A DNA stretch of 63,981 nucleotides, the filler included, from Reticulomyxa filosa (lineage: Eukaryota > Protista > Foraminifera): NCBI GenBank assembly GCA_000512085.1. It is 19 parts of 19 records of this genome, joined end to end, with 100 filler letters (N's around TTAATTAATTAA, not from the genome) between each part and the next. Parts side by side here need not be neighbours in the genome. Positions count along the whole stretch, not along the records: positions 34,836 to 45,526 come from ASPP01001466.1; positions 45,627 to 50,010 come from ASPP01007591.1; 17 more parts are not named here. One strand, given 5' to 3'. A program made the translations under genes and the position numbers. This document shows, one piece after another, positions 36,661 through 48,930 of the stretch (the stretch's first letter is position 1; each line of letters begins with the position of its first letter). The notes under the pieces are model-generated. The model searched no databases. It had not been told where the DNA came from and was given only the letters and a program-made list of their open reading frames with translations.

Positions 36661-37014
36661 CCTTCAAGCCTTATATAACTTTTTTTAAGAATTTTTTTAA
36701 TGATAATGAACACACGCCGAACTAAGACATACGTTTCAAACCTCTCTATAGTGCTTTGCTTGAGCAAGTCAAATATAAATTCACTTTACGAACGATATGG
36801 CCATAGACTAAGAAACAAAATAAACAAAACGTGCTTAGCAAGATTTCTAGAATTTCAGAAGTTACTTTATTATTGCTTTTTATTTGTAAGGCATTTTAAA
36901 GAACAGTTCAATTGGTGCATATTCTGATTTTATTTTTAAAGACGTGCACTGTGCTGACGGAAAAACGTAAAACAAAAGGAAGAGTGGTTTAGAAGTAAGG
37001 ATAGGATTTTTGAG

Positions 37015-38207
37015 ATGTGGCGTATTGCATCCCGTCATTTGACACAATCGCCACCAAAAATATCAAAAAAACGTTTGGTGCTATTTGACCATGACGGTGG
37101 TATTGATGATTTGGTGAGTTTATTACAGTTGCTGTCCTTTCACACAAACGAAACAACAAAGCCGGGAACAGGTCTGAAGTTGTTGGGGGTCACTTGTGTG
37201 AGCGGGAACACAACTGTAGAAAATGTGGCAAAATCATCACATGGGATGGTGTCAATGTTTTCGGACCGAATGGAGGGCAGCATTGAAGAAATTCCAAAAA
37301 TCTATCGTGGTGCTACGCAATCAATATTGAAATACAAAACTCCTCAGGGATGGTTAGGTCATGGGCCAACGGGTTGTGGTACATTGAATTTTGATGATGA
37401 AATAGGAACACACGTGCCAACGGAAGGTGTGTTTTTAAATTTTGATCTTCCAACAAGGATGAAAAAAATGCAAAATAAAAAAAAATTAAAAAGACAAACA
37501 CGCCTCGTTGGCAATGATGGAATGGATCAATGCTCATCCGAATGAAATTGATTTGATATGCACGGGCCCATTGACAAATATTGCCTTGGCAATTCAATTG
37601 GATCGAACCCTACTTTAAAAAACTTGGATCATTGTGGATAATGGGTGGCTGTATTTACGCACGTGGTAATGCATGTCCAATGAGTGAATGGAACTTTTTT
37701 TATGATCCAGAAGCTGTCAAAATTGTTTTGCAACATTGCCACCAAACCAAATGTGTTATATTTCCTTATGATTGCTTTTCTGATATTTCTTTTTCTCGCT
37801 TTTACGAACAATTTCAAAAGTTTAAACTTTCTTTTCACAAGAATTCTCGCTTGCAAACAAATTATCATTTTATCCATAAGTTGTTTCATTATTGGATTCA
37901 AATGTATCAATCATCGTCTTTGGAAGATCGGTCAGGTTTCTATTTCAATTTGGTTGATTTTGAGTGTTTGTTGTGTTATTTGTATCAACATGATGTTATC
38001 ACTAAATCTCGTCATGTCAAATGTGATGTTGAATTGGCTGGAGAGTATTCACGTGGTGCGTTAGCCATTGATTGGCTTCCACATCCTCCATCGGCTAATA
38101 ATGTGCACATCATTGAATCGGTTAATGGCCAACTTATTTTTCAAAAATTTTTTGAGTTATTAGAATCAATCCAATTCAACCACAATTTCTCAATAAAACT
38201 AAATTGA
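37015..38207 (+). CDS. Inosine/uridine-preferring nucleoside hydrolase; one intron (~37427-37493) and an apparent +1 frameshift at 37613-37618
   Basis: DHDGGIDD, GVTCVSGN, HGPTG, GPLTNIALA, IMGG..GN..SEWNFFYDPEA and VELAGEYSRG. Confidence 0.88.
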
Positions 38208-38464
38208 TTCGTGTTTCAAAACAATTGATCTTTAGTTGGCTTCTGTGAGTTTTTTTTTGCTTATCGACTGAATTTTGTAATTTTTCTTTTAAAAAAAGAA
38301 TGCAACGATGTTGATCTTTGAAAGTCATCGAAACAAAAAAATTCAACAACATTAGACGAAATCAGAAATACATGCTAAGAGTTGTTCATTTCTTTAAATG
38401 AAAATTCATTCACATCAAGAATAAAAAATATTTCTTGTTAAAAGTAAATTCAAAAAAAATGTTG

Positions 38465-40934
38465 TTATGACGCCTCACCCAATCGATATGTTTCAGCATG
38501 ACAAAAAGCTTTGACATCAAACTGAAACTCGGTGCTTTCATTTCCTTGTAAAGTAACTTTAGCGACGCTCATTCCAGAGTACATTGGCTCAATGTCGAAA
38601 TGAGCTGTTACTGGCCATAAACCTTCCAGTTCACAATTTTCAAGGCGATATTCAAAAGATCCTTTCGCATCAGTGGCAACATCGCCAATGATCCATCGCA
38701 GCTCGCTTTCGTTGTATATGAAAAAGAGAGAGCGTGTTAATCCAATTATGCTCAAAAAAGTAGTGCAAATAAAACAAAGGAATACCTAGCTCGTGCGTCA
38801 AAAGTAAAAGTGCCATCGCACTGTTCTACTTCTGGTTGTGTCTTTGTTCTGTAAGATGCAAAAGTAGAGAATGAAAAAAAATGATGAAAACAAAGCAAAT
38901 ATAATAAAAATAAAAAAACGTAACGGAGTTGGGAAGTTAATGATAACATTTTTCAATTGAACTTCTTCTCTTTCGACACTATAGGTGGCATTGACTCGAA
39001 TTTTGTTTAATTCAGTTTCAGGCCAAAACTCAATTCGAATGGGAATCGCTTCTTCTTTGGTGCTTGTCAAGCGCCAACGAAGAATGCTCGTTTTACACGC
39101 GCGTCCAATACGAAAAGATTTATCAGCATCCTTCAAAGCCAAGATGCCTTGTTTCCAATTGGCTTCGTCCATGCGAGGATGTAAATTCCATTTCACACGT
39201 CCTAAGGAGAGTTTGGCGTTCGGATCAACTCCAGTGTGAATTACACACTTGGAACAGTCGGGGTTATTCACCACGACTTCAAAGTTTCCTTTTACTTCAA
39301 ATTTTGTCATTGTGTGATCTCTGTCCAACTCGACATTCAATGATTCGGTGACTGTCAATTCAATTCTGTCATATACATATACATATGTATATAGACACAT
39401 ATATGAATATTGTATGTCATATATGCATATACATATATAAACGTAATAATAAATACACTTAGAAACAGTTTAATGTTTGTTTTTTTTTGCACGCTTTTTT
39501 TTTTTTGTATAAAAAAAGCAAGGAAAAAAAACTAAACGGTGCCAAAGCCCTCGAGTCTTCACTTTGGTCCACAGCTGCTCGAGTTCGATCGACAATTTCC
39601 AGCATATCTGCGGAAACAGTTTGTTCATCAGCTTTCATTGCTTCAGTGAACAATGCATCTGATTTTTTCGATTTGGACGTGAGTGCCAATCCTTTGGTTC
39701 GTTGTTGGCTCTTTTTGCTGCTGCTGCTACTGCTTCCTTTCTTGCCTTTGTCCACACCGTGGTCTTCCTCACTTTCATTTTCTTTTTCGCCTTGGCGATC
39801 ATTCATTGCATTCGAGTTCATGCTGTCACTCCCAAACCCATGCGTTGTTATCGTTCCTGGAGGATCACCACCTGATTTGCCTGATCGATTGCCAATACCA
39901 AAGGTTCCTCCCAAGGTGCTCAGGTCTTTTTTTTTTTATAAAATGTGTTGATTTAATCATGGTTGGACGACAGAGGGAGAAGGAACAAACTTTTTTTTTT
40001 AAAAAAAAAAAAAAAAGGGGGCATTGGATGAGAGGGGCAAAGAAAAAAACAGAATTAACAATCAGCGCCTGGGAAATTCTTTTGCGAATTGCCGCGTTCT
40101 TTCATTCGAGCTTTGTCAAATTCTTGTGCCCGTTTTTTCATATATTCTTGTTGGTTGTGAATTTTACTCTGAGCAGTGTGCATAAAGCAATATTGTTTGT
40201 TATTTGAAAAGTGGAAAAATATATGTGTGTGTGGAGATAGAGACATATATAAACATGGAGAAAAGAAATTGGGTAAGAGAAAGAAACGGACATCTTCAAT
40301 TATTTGTGTCAATTTCTCTTCAGCACTGTCCATTTCCATGAAAGACTGGATTTGCTTGAAAGTGACTTGCTCGCGATAGCCCATGGGTGTAATAACTTCA
40401 TCTGTGGCAAATACCAAGTCAAAGGCATGCTTGGTTACGGCTTCGTCGTCGTGTCCGTGACAGTATTCCGGTACCAATTTCGCAATCACTCGCAATGTGT
40501 TCAAATCCTCGATTATGTTACTTTGCATGTTTGTTATCAACAATAAATACAATGTGTCCATTGGTTGATAGATGTAACGAACTTCATCCGTTTCAATAAA
40601 TGTATGCTGTTTGCCCATTGCAGTATCTTCGGACGCTTCGTTTGATTTTGTGTGTGTATGTGTGTGTTTTTTTATTGATCTTGTCGTTTGGAAGTTCGCA
40701 TGACATTACTTCGAATCAATCTCAAACAATCCGAACATTCCACTTAACACACTAGTTTTGGAAATGCCGCTAGTAATCCTTCAATGCGAAGTCTTACCAT
40801 TGGAACATACTGTCGGGCCAGCAATACTGTTTTTTTAGTTGTGTTACATTTTGCTCGTTCCAGCAGCGTTTCATGCCGAATATAGCCATACCTTTGCCTT
40901 TTTTGTTCAAAATAGCAACGGAGAGGACGACCAT
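38465..40934 (-). CDS. ARCN1: Coatomer subunit delta (delta-COP), multi-exon
   Basis: MVVLSVAIL.KKGK|VLLARQYV.M...RIEGLLAAFPKL, KQHTFIETDEVRYIYQP, SNIIEDL.TLR, and a C-terminal mu-homology domain. Confidence 0.93.
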
Positions 40935-41361
40935 TCTTAATTAATATTTTTATTTATTGAGATTTTTCGAAAATTTGACGTGCTTTTTTATTACCCAAAA
41001 CTTCGCCAGTCTGAACCCTTTCTGTTCACGTGACCTCATGTGGAAATGCAGTTAATTTACATACAACAATTTAATGTTGTCAAAAATATTAAAATGTTGT
41101 TCGTTTTGTGATACAAATGTTTTGCAATATCAATAATAATCAAATAACATTTGAAAACGTTTTAGTGAGCAGTACATCGACTGCAAAGAACATCAAATAT
41201 ACATTTCATAAATTTCGACCAACTTTTATTTTGTTGTTTGATGTTATTAGCTTTCTGTACTTATTCTTCCGAAAAGAAACATTTTGGTCTTTTTAAGTTG
41301 TGGTGTTATCTTGACCGGACAAAAGAAAAGTTCAGCGTCTAAAAGGTAATGAAAAGCTGTC

Positions 41362-41976
41362 ATGTTTCACAGACCATATAATAAAAATCTGAAGCCCAAG
41401 CGCTCCAAATTTCCGCTACAAAAATGCTGTGGCATTTTGTTTTTGTTTTGGTATGTGGTAATTTATTGCTGCATTTTTTCAAAAAAAAGAAGTGCATCCA
41501 CTGGGTGGCTTGTCTTGTGTATGTGCACAATTGGCAGGTTTTTGTCCGTCGTGGGATTTTTTTGTTATCATTTGAACTACCCAAACATAGATAACACCCC
41601 AATAATGCAGCCAGCAAACAATACAGTGGTAGCCTCTCCCGTCCTACTTACGACGAAGAAGGTTGTAACGACTCGGCGGCCAGACAAGAATGTGCAAATA
41701 CAACACAATATGTTTGGAGTTGCAGATGCAAGAGAAATGCCAAACCCGGCGGTGTTGTTGTTGACATATAATCGCGCGAATTTGCTGCGTAAAACATTGA
41801 ACTCGTTATTGTCAGTGCCAGGGATCTCAAGTTATGCAATATACATTTCGCAAGACGGAAAAGATCAAAGAACTATGGATTTGATCCACAATACGTATCA
41901 TGCAATTGATCTGGAAATGAAAAAAAATAAGGATAAAAAAAATTCAAATCAACGAAATAATAACACTCATAATAGC

Positions 41977-42009
<33 letters not shown>

Positions 42010-43709
42010 CAATGACAATGACACAAAGTCGCTTGTTCGCATCTATCATCTCCATCATCAACAATATCCAAGTGCAGAAGGAACTGTCAAGCTAGCACAT
42101 CATTACAAAGACGCCTTGGATTTTGTATTTTATTCGAGACATCACTCCCACACGATTGTGGTCGAAGATGACATGGCATGTAACTTTTTGCTTTCATTTC
42201 TTATTGAGCAGAGAGGGGGGGGACACAGAGAGGGGCAGACAAGGAACATTGGAAAATGTTAAAAAAAAGGAAAATGGAAACAGATATTTTCTCAAGATTT
42301 TTTGGAGTATTTTGCTGCTGCAGTATATTTTTTGAATCGTGATCCCACCGTATTTTGTATATCCTCGTGGAATGATTATGGACAGAATTTTTTGGATCAT
42401 AGTCCAACAAGGTTGTCGAGAACAGACTATTTCCCTGGCTTGGGATGGATGCTTAAGTTATGCTGCATTCACAAATGTGAAGTGTACAAGTGACTCATTT
42501 GTTTTTTTTTTTTTTTTAAAATACAAAAAAAAAAAAAGAAAGGAACTGTGGGATGAATTAAGCGAAAAGTTTCCCAATGATCATTGGGACCATTTCATGC
42601 GAACTGATGCGGTGCACAAAGGTCGGGATTGTATAATCCCGGACATCTCCAGGAATTACAATATTGGTGACGAAGGCGCAACTATGTCGTCTCAATGGTA
42701 TCATCAGTACTTGGAGCCAATACAATTTGATGAACACTCGAATGTGTCTTTTAAGAGCATGAATTTATCATATTTGTGGAGCAATACTTATGAAATGGAA
42801 TTGCAATCACTAATCAACCGAGCCCAGTTTATGGGAATTTCCCCGGCAAATGAGGTCAATATACGAAAGTTCTTCTCCTCACCACTTAAAACTAAAGGGA
42901 GTGTTTATCTGATTGGTTATTTTGCAAATGGATGGGAGAAAATTGCACGTAAGACATACAATCCGTATACATGATAAGGCCTTACAATATCTCATTTACA
43001 GACAATTGTCTTGTTTCACACGTTGTCATTTTTATTTTTATTTTTATTTTATTTTTATTTTTATGAGTGAATAAAATGGATGCTTGGTGAACATAGGAAC
43101 TTTGGGCATATTGACAACACCACGCACAAGACATAAGCATACCATTGTAATAAAAAAAAGGTTTGAATATATCATGTTTCACATTATCCATTGACAACCT
43201 TATTCATAATTTTTTATTTGGTTGCTTTTTCCCCCCCCCTCCTTCTTGCACTATAATAGTGGAAACACAATCGTATTTGTAAACTCACGCTTAAGTCCAT
43301 ACTTGAATGATAAACATGCTGCTCGTCTTCCTCAAAACCCAAAATTGTATGTTACTTTTCTCTTTTTTTTTTTCTTATTTTAACTCTTTTTTTTGAATTT
43401 ACACAAAATTGTGATAGAGTGATTCGAACAGGACAACAGGGGGAATCATGCAATCGAGTGTGCAGTAATTTTGGTGCCAAAACTTGTTTGCAAGATCATT
43501 TCGAGTATATAAATTCTTGCCAAGTATTAGCACAGCACTTTGGTTGTGAAAAGGGATGTCAGGGAGGAGTGATGGGACATGATGTACCCAATTACGTAAT
43601 TGGAAACAAACCTGAATATTATCAAATGTGTTTGACAACTGAAGACCTAACAACTTGTAATGCAGAGCATCCAACAACTGCTAGGATATGTCCTTGCCTT
43701 GATAATTAA
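41362..43709 (+). CDS. MGAT1: GT13 N-acetylglucosaminyltransferase I (MGAT1-like) with extra C-terminal Cys-rich domain; multi-exon, apparent +1 frameshift at 42004-42009
   Basis: LTYNR, ISQDG, HYK.AL, VEDDM|IFSQDFLEYF, CISSWND, RTDYFPGLGWML, WDHFMR..HKGRDCIIPDISR. N-terminal hydrophobic anchor. Confidence 0.88.
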
Positions 43710-44251
43710 TATTTCATCATTCAACACTCACTTTTTCTTTCTGATTATTAAAAATCAACTTTTACCCTTTTTGTGTTCGTCGATATTTATTATTTTGCAA
43801 TGATGTCACATACTTTTGGTAAACACAAAACTGTTGGTACTTCAATATTATAAAAGTTAAAATGATTCAATTGCCTTGTGAAAAGAAAATTACATTCGGC
43901 AGATGTTGCATCCCTAATCTCTTTTTTACAAAAAATTGATCTTTATTGCCAAGTTTATGGATGTTCAATTTTATGTGTTGCTTGTTCAAAAAAAAAAAAA
44001 ATTAATGAAATTTTCATCAAATGTTTACTGAGAGATCATTCATAGCAGTGAAAATTGATCAGTTGCGAATAATCTAAATAAAAATGCTATCTGCAGGAAG
44101 AAAACAATCCAACAAAACCCACGTGGGACAAATTATCCATAACGAAACACTTCATAAAAAACCAAACTGTCATTACAATTTGTTGCACATTTTTATTTTT
44201 ATTATTTATCCCTTTGCATCATGTTAAGTCATTTATTTAAACATCACTAAA

Positions 44252-44972
44252 TCAGCTCGTAGTAACATTACTTACAGTTTGCGATTTTAACTGAGCCGAG
44301 GTATCTGTATTATTGGAATTTGAAGTGGCGTTGGAAGTATTTGTGTTAGTATCCATATTGCCGCCATACGCGCCAGTTGTGGTAGTATTATATCCGGTAG
44401 TCGTAGCAGTAGTATAACCACCAGTTGTGGTAGTCGCAGGCGTGGTAGCAGTGGTAGTAGCGCTATATCCTGTGGCTGTGAGAGCATTACTATATCCATT
44501 CATTGTAGCGGTATTAGTGTTTCCTGTTTCAGTGGCTGCAAGAGCTGAGGCATACAATGGATTAATACTATGAAGCGAAGCTAAATTTTCATTCGATGTC
44601 GCAGGGATAGTTGTGGTTGCACTTGTGGCCATTTGAGGTGTCATATAACCATGATGAGTCGCTTGTGCACCATAATACATATTCAAAGGATTATATGCCA
44701 TTGAGTTATATCCATACCCGTTGCTGACTAAATAATCATAAGGATTATATCTTTGTGCAGCACTTGTTTGAGGAACACTCCATCCTTGTAGCTGCTGTGC
44801 CGCCTGGGCTTGAGCTTGGACCGCAAGACCACTCGCTGCGCCATACATGCTGCTCGAATTTGCCGATCGTTGACTTGAGCTTCTTAAACTTCCACTTGCT
44901 GTTGTCGAGGACGCATGGCTACTGCTCAATGGTCTGGGGTTTTGTGATCGCAGTTCGCGTGGTACAACTATA
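44252..44972 (-). CDS. Low-complexity (Tyr/Ala/Thr/Asn-rich) C-terminal exon of an unknown protein
   Basis: Long open frame ending at 44252 with RYNPY-containing, prion-like composition; the upstream part is lost at the contig end. Confidence 0.55.
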
Positions 44973-45626
44973 TACGTATACAACAAACCACATCTTGTTG
45001 TTATTTGTACTGTGCTTTTTTTTTTTGAAAGACGAAAAAAATACACATTATTACACAATTAAAAAAAAAAAAAAAACTGAACCAAACAACCATTCACACC
45101 AGTCAAACAAGAAATCCCCCAGAAAAATATTTGCATATGCACCTTTTTTTATGGAAGATGAATATATAGTTTTATGAGATTAGTATGTTATTGTTTGTTT
45201 ATTTTTTTCTCTCTCTCTTGAGTTTTCAACACTTGCACACTCACCACACATACACTCTTCCCCTTCCCCCCCCCTCTGCTTTCTCCCTTCTCCAATAAAA
45301 TTCCGAGATATAATGCAACAATTTTTTATTTTTAATGGCAAGGTTGTTTTTGTTTTTGTTTTTATTTTCGTCTTTTTCTCCCCGAAAAATGGGATGAATG
45401 TGAATATTGTACTATTTATTTTGTCCCTCCAAGTTGTAGAGGTCTCTTTCCCCTTTGTGATGTTCACTGTCGTTTGTCCAACTTTTTTTTCTTTTTTTTT
45501 TTTTTTTTCTTTTTTTTTTTTTTTTTNNNNNNNNNNNNNNNNNNNNNNNNNNNNNNNNNNNNNNNNNNNNTTAATTAATTAANNNNNNNNNNNNNNNNNN
45601 NNNNNNNNNNNNNNNNNNNNNNNNNN

Positions 45627-45638
45627 CAACCTACTGTA
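45627..45638 (-). mobile_element. Tip of the same Tc1/mariner-like terminus
   Basis: Reverse complement TA|CAGTAGGTTG exactly at the contig start. Confidence 0.5.
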
Positions 45639-45865
45639 TATTCATATCGCAAATATTTCTGTAAATGTGAAAAAGTTACTGACGTTTAAATAACTCAGGA
45701 ACAAAGTGGAATATATTTTTTGATGAATTTTTGAATAAAAAATTAAAAAAACAGAACATGAAGTTTAATGCACCGAAAACGAAGTAGTATAGTACAAGTT
45801 CGGGAAAAAATACACTTATGTACTGCTTAACATTATACTAGTCATGTTGTTTCTGCAGTCCAGTA

Positions 45866-45970
45866 GAAGCATTGTGGTCAGCATGCGCACCGCTTATACT
45901 GGCTGTCTTGATTGTATCAGTTGCTCATGAATGATCCAGCCCAGTGGTCATCATGAGCTAACCACACTCC
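45866..45970. ncRNA. Candidate small structured RNA
   Basis: GC-richer island. Closing stem TGTGGTTAGC/GCTGACCACA on the minus strand and inner hairpin GCTCATGA..TCATGAGC. The minus strand has ATGATGA and two CTGA; the plus strand ends in a T7 run. Confidence 0.3.
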
Positions 45971-46407
45971 GTTTTTTTCTGAAAATTTTATATTTTTTTT
46001 GAGAATTTATGCGAAAATTGATGAAAATTGCATTTTTTATAAAAAAAGCATTTATTTTGCTTAGATATATGAAAAATTGATTCGAAACTGAAATTTAATC
46101 TTTTTTCAAAATGTTGATGAATTGCAATATTGTCTTATGATCAGTTAATTAAAAAGATAGAATAAAATGAAATTCACATTAACTTTTTGTTATGATGACA
46201 AATTTCGAATAAAAGTAGAGCCAAAACAAAATGTTTTTCAAATAGGAATTTGACAACTTGCTTTTTCCTTGTTTCTTTGAAAAATTTAAGTTTTTACTTA
46301 GATGTCTATTGAAAGATAATTTCCTTTTTAAAAAGGATTGTTAATTATTCAGTAATCTTCTTTAAAAGAAGCAAAAATCGCCAAAATACTTAAATGCAAA
46401 AAAAAGT

Positions 46408-47496
46408 TCAATAGCATTTACCACACTTACTTGAGAGGTAAGTTGTCAGAAAGGGCTTCCAGAATATGCCCAATTACCGTTGTTGCTACTTTATCACGTA
46501 ATGCAAAACGACTAAGTTTCGGTAATTCCTTGCTAGTCTGTATGAACGTTGATCACAACAAACAACAGTTTAGAATTTCATTTAATGATGTACAATAATA
46601 AACACAAACTGTAAAAGGAATTGAATCCGATTTGATTTCAATGTCAATGATAGCCGATTCTCTCTTTCGGAGAAAGACTGGAGGAATTTTTGATTTCTCA
46701 CGGGTTTTGGGGTCAATCTTATGAGGAATCGCGATAACTTGGCATTCAACAGCAAGATTGTGGATATGCAGCATTGCACTGTATCCGATAGTCAAAATAT
46801 TCGGCAACTCAAGCAAAAGCACTTCGGCTCGAAATTTCCTAGCTACATGGACAAACGAAGTTCGTGGATGACAAATTACGCTGCCGTCCGTCAAGTTTTC
46901 AAGAATGACTTTGGAACGGGCATGAAAACAGGCCAAAATGTTTTCTCCAGCAATGGCATGAGAGACCAAAGCATTTTCAATAAACAAATTTGAAATGGTG
47001 CCTGTTTGGTTGCAAGGCAAAGCGACGACAGTGTCACCAACCGACACAACTCCCGATTCCACTTTGGCGATTGCAGTCAAACCATAATCGCCTTTATAGC
47101 GCTGTAACACCGAGATCGCCAAAGGTTTGTCCGGCCAGCGCTCAATTTTGTCCATTTTGTCCAAAAGGCCGAGCAAACATTCGCCCTTGTACCAGCTGCA
47201 CACCTCCGGTGCAAGTGGCTCTTTAATATTTTGTCCAGCGTAGCTGGCAACAGGCAAAAAGTCTAGCATTTGTTCTTTGAACCCAATCGCTTTCAAAAAC
47301 GAGGATATTTCTTTCTTAATCAATTCGAATCGTTCTTGTTTCCAATTGCAGTGATCCATTTTGTTCACTGCCACAATTACTCTTGAAACTCCCAACGTAT
47401 ATACCAATAAAGAATGCTATATACATAGCCAAAACAAGCGATATTTATAACATTTTTTTTTTTAAAAAAATATATATACATTTTTAAACATATACA

Positions 47497-47536
<40 letters not shown>

Positions 47537-48930
47537 TATATGTCCAACACAACTTCTCTGGTTTGTCCATTTCGTTTAAATCCCGCTTCAAATTCGCCTG
47601 ATCGAGCAGAAACAATTAAAATGGCAACATCGGCCAAGGCAGCTCCAGAAATCATATTTGGAACGTAGTTGTTGTGTCCAGGAGCATCGACCAACGTAAA
47701 CCGCTTGTTTTGCGTTTCAAAGGAAACCCTAGCGCAATCAATGGTGTTGCCACGGGCTTTTTCTTCTTCATCTTCATCAGTTCGATACGCAAAGCCCCAG
47801 CCATCGCGTCCTCGTTCCTTTGCTTCCTTCTTGTACTTTTCAAGCGTGCGCTGGTCCAGTTCGCCAGTGGACAGCAGAATTTGTCCAGCTGTCGTTGATT
47901 TCCCCGAGTCCACGTGGCCAATCAGCACCAAGGTCACGTGTTCCTTGTTACTGTGAGGGAGGTGGTTCAATTGCAATGACTTTGTGTCGCCTTTTTTGTC
48001 ATTATCCTTTTTCTCTTCTTTTTTTTCTTCATTTTTGGCCTTTTCATTGTCCTTTTCCTTTTTTTTTTTTTCTTCCTTTTTTGGAGTTTTGTCGTCTTGC
48101 TTTTTCGGTATGTTGCTATCGTCCTCCCCCCCTTCTTCTTTGTCTCCTTTTTCTATATCCCTATCCCTATTCACCTTTTTGTCCAAAGATGCTGTTTCCT
48201 CCTTTGTCCTGTTTCCACCTCCACTGCTCGCGTTCGCTTCTGCAGCCTTTGTTGTTGTTGTTGTTGTTGTTTGTGTACATATCTTTTGCATTATCTCAAT
48301 GTCTTTACGTGCCAAACAGACCGAAGACAAATGTCAAAAAAAAAAAAAAAAAAGCCACTTTTCAAGTTTGCAACCAATCAAAACTCAACTTTTTGAGGTC
48401 TTTTCTTCGCTCTTCTTCGTTTCTTTTTTGGCTTGTTGATGGAAGATGCTCCTATTTTTTTTTTGTTTTTTTTTTCCATTTAATTTGTATTTAATCTCCT
48501 TTTATTCTTTTCCTTCTTACCTTCCAACGTAATCGTGTTGCTATTATGAATGGTGCTAAAATCGAGGCATGGTGGCGTCATTACGAGACAGAGAATAATT
48601 CCACTGGCTTGATTCGTTTTCGTTTTCGCTTTCACCTTGGAACAAGGCGCTGCTTTTTACGCTTGCAGCCTTTGTCTTGTTCTTGTCTTTGTCCTTTGCC
48701 GTGGGGGGTCCGCTCCGGTCATCATTCTGATAATACGTTCGCTCCGTGTTATTTTGCAAGTGTTGTTGTTCATACAGGTATTCGGTTGTTCGGTTACATT
48801 CTTCTTGGAATGCTTCCTCTTCGCCCAATCTGTACCTCTGAGAGGACGAAGAATAATACGAATGCATATTTTGCCCGCTCCAAGCGTCAATATAATCACT
48901 TGGATGCCACTCCTTTGCGTTTGGATTCAT
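46408..48930 (-). CDS. GSPT1: Eukaryotic release factor 3 (eRF3/Sup35-like GTPase), multi-exon
   Basis: N-terminal PAM2-like MNPNAKEWHP. GHVDSGKST, RTLEKYKKEAKE, DAPGH..YVPNMISGA, SARSGEFEAGF..GQTRE|H, NKMD, GYSAMLHIH and SRFALRD. Confidence 0.85.

Noticed and set aside
47490-47545. (TA)n and TATACA-like tracts (also 24855-24900, 25880-25970, 26395-26435, 63935-63981)
   Set aside because: Ordinary intronic microsatellites.
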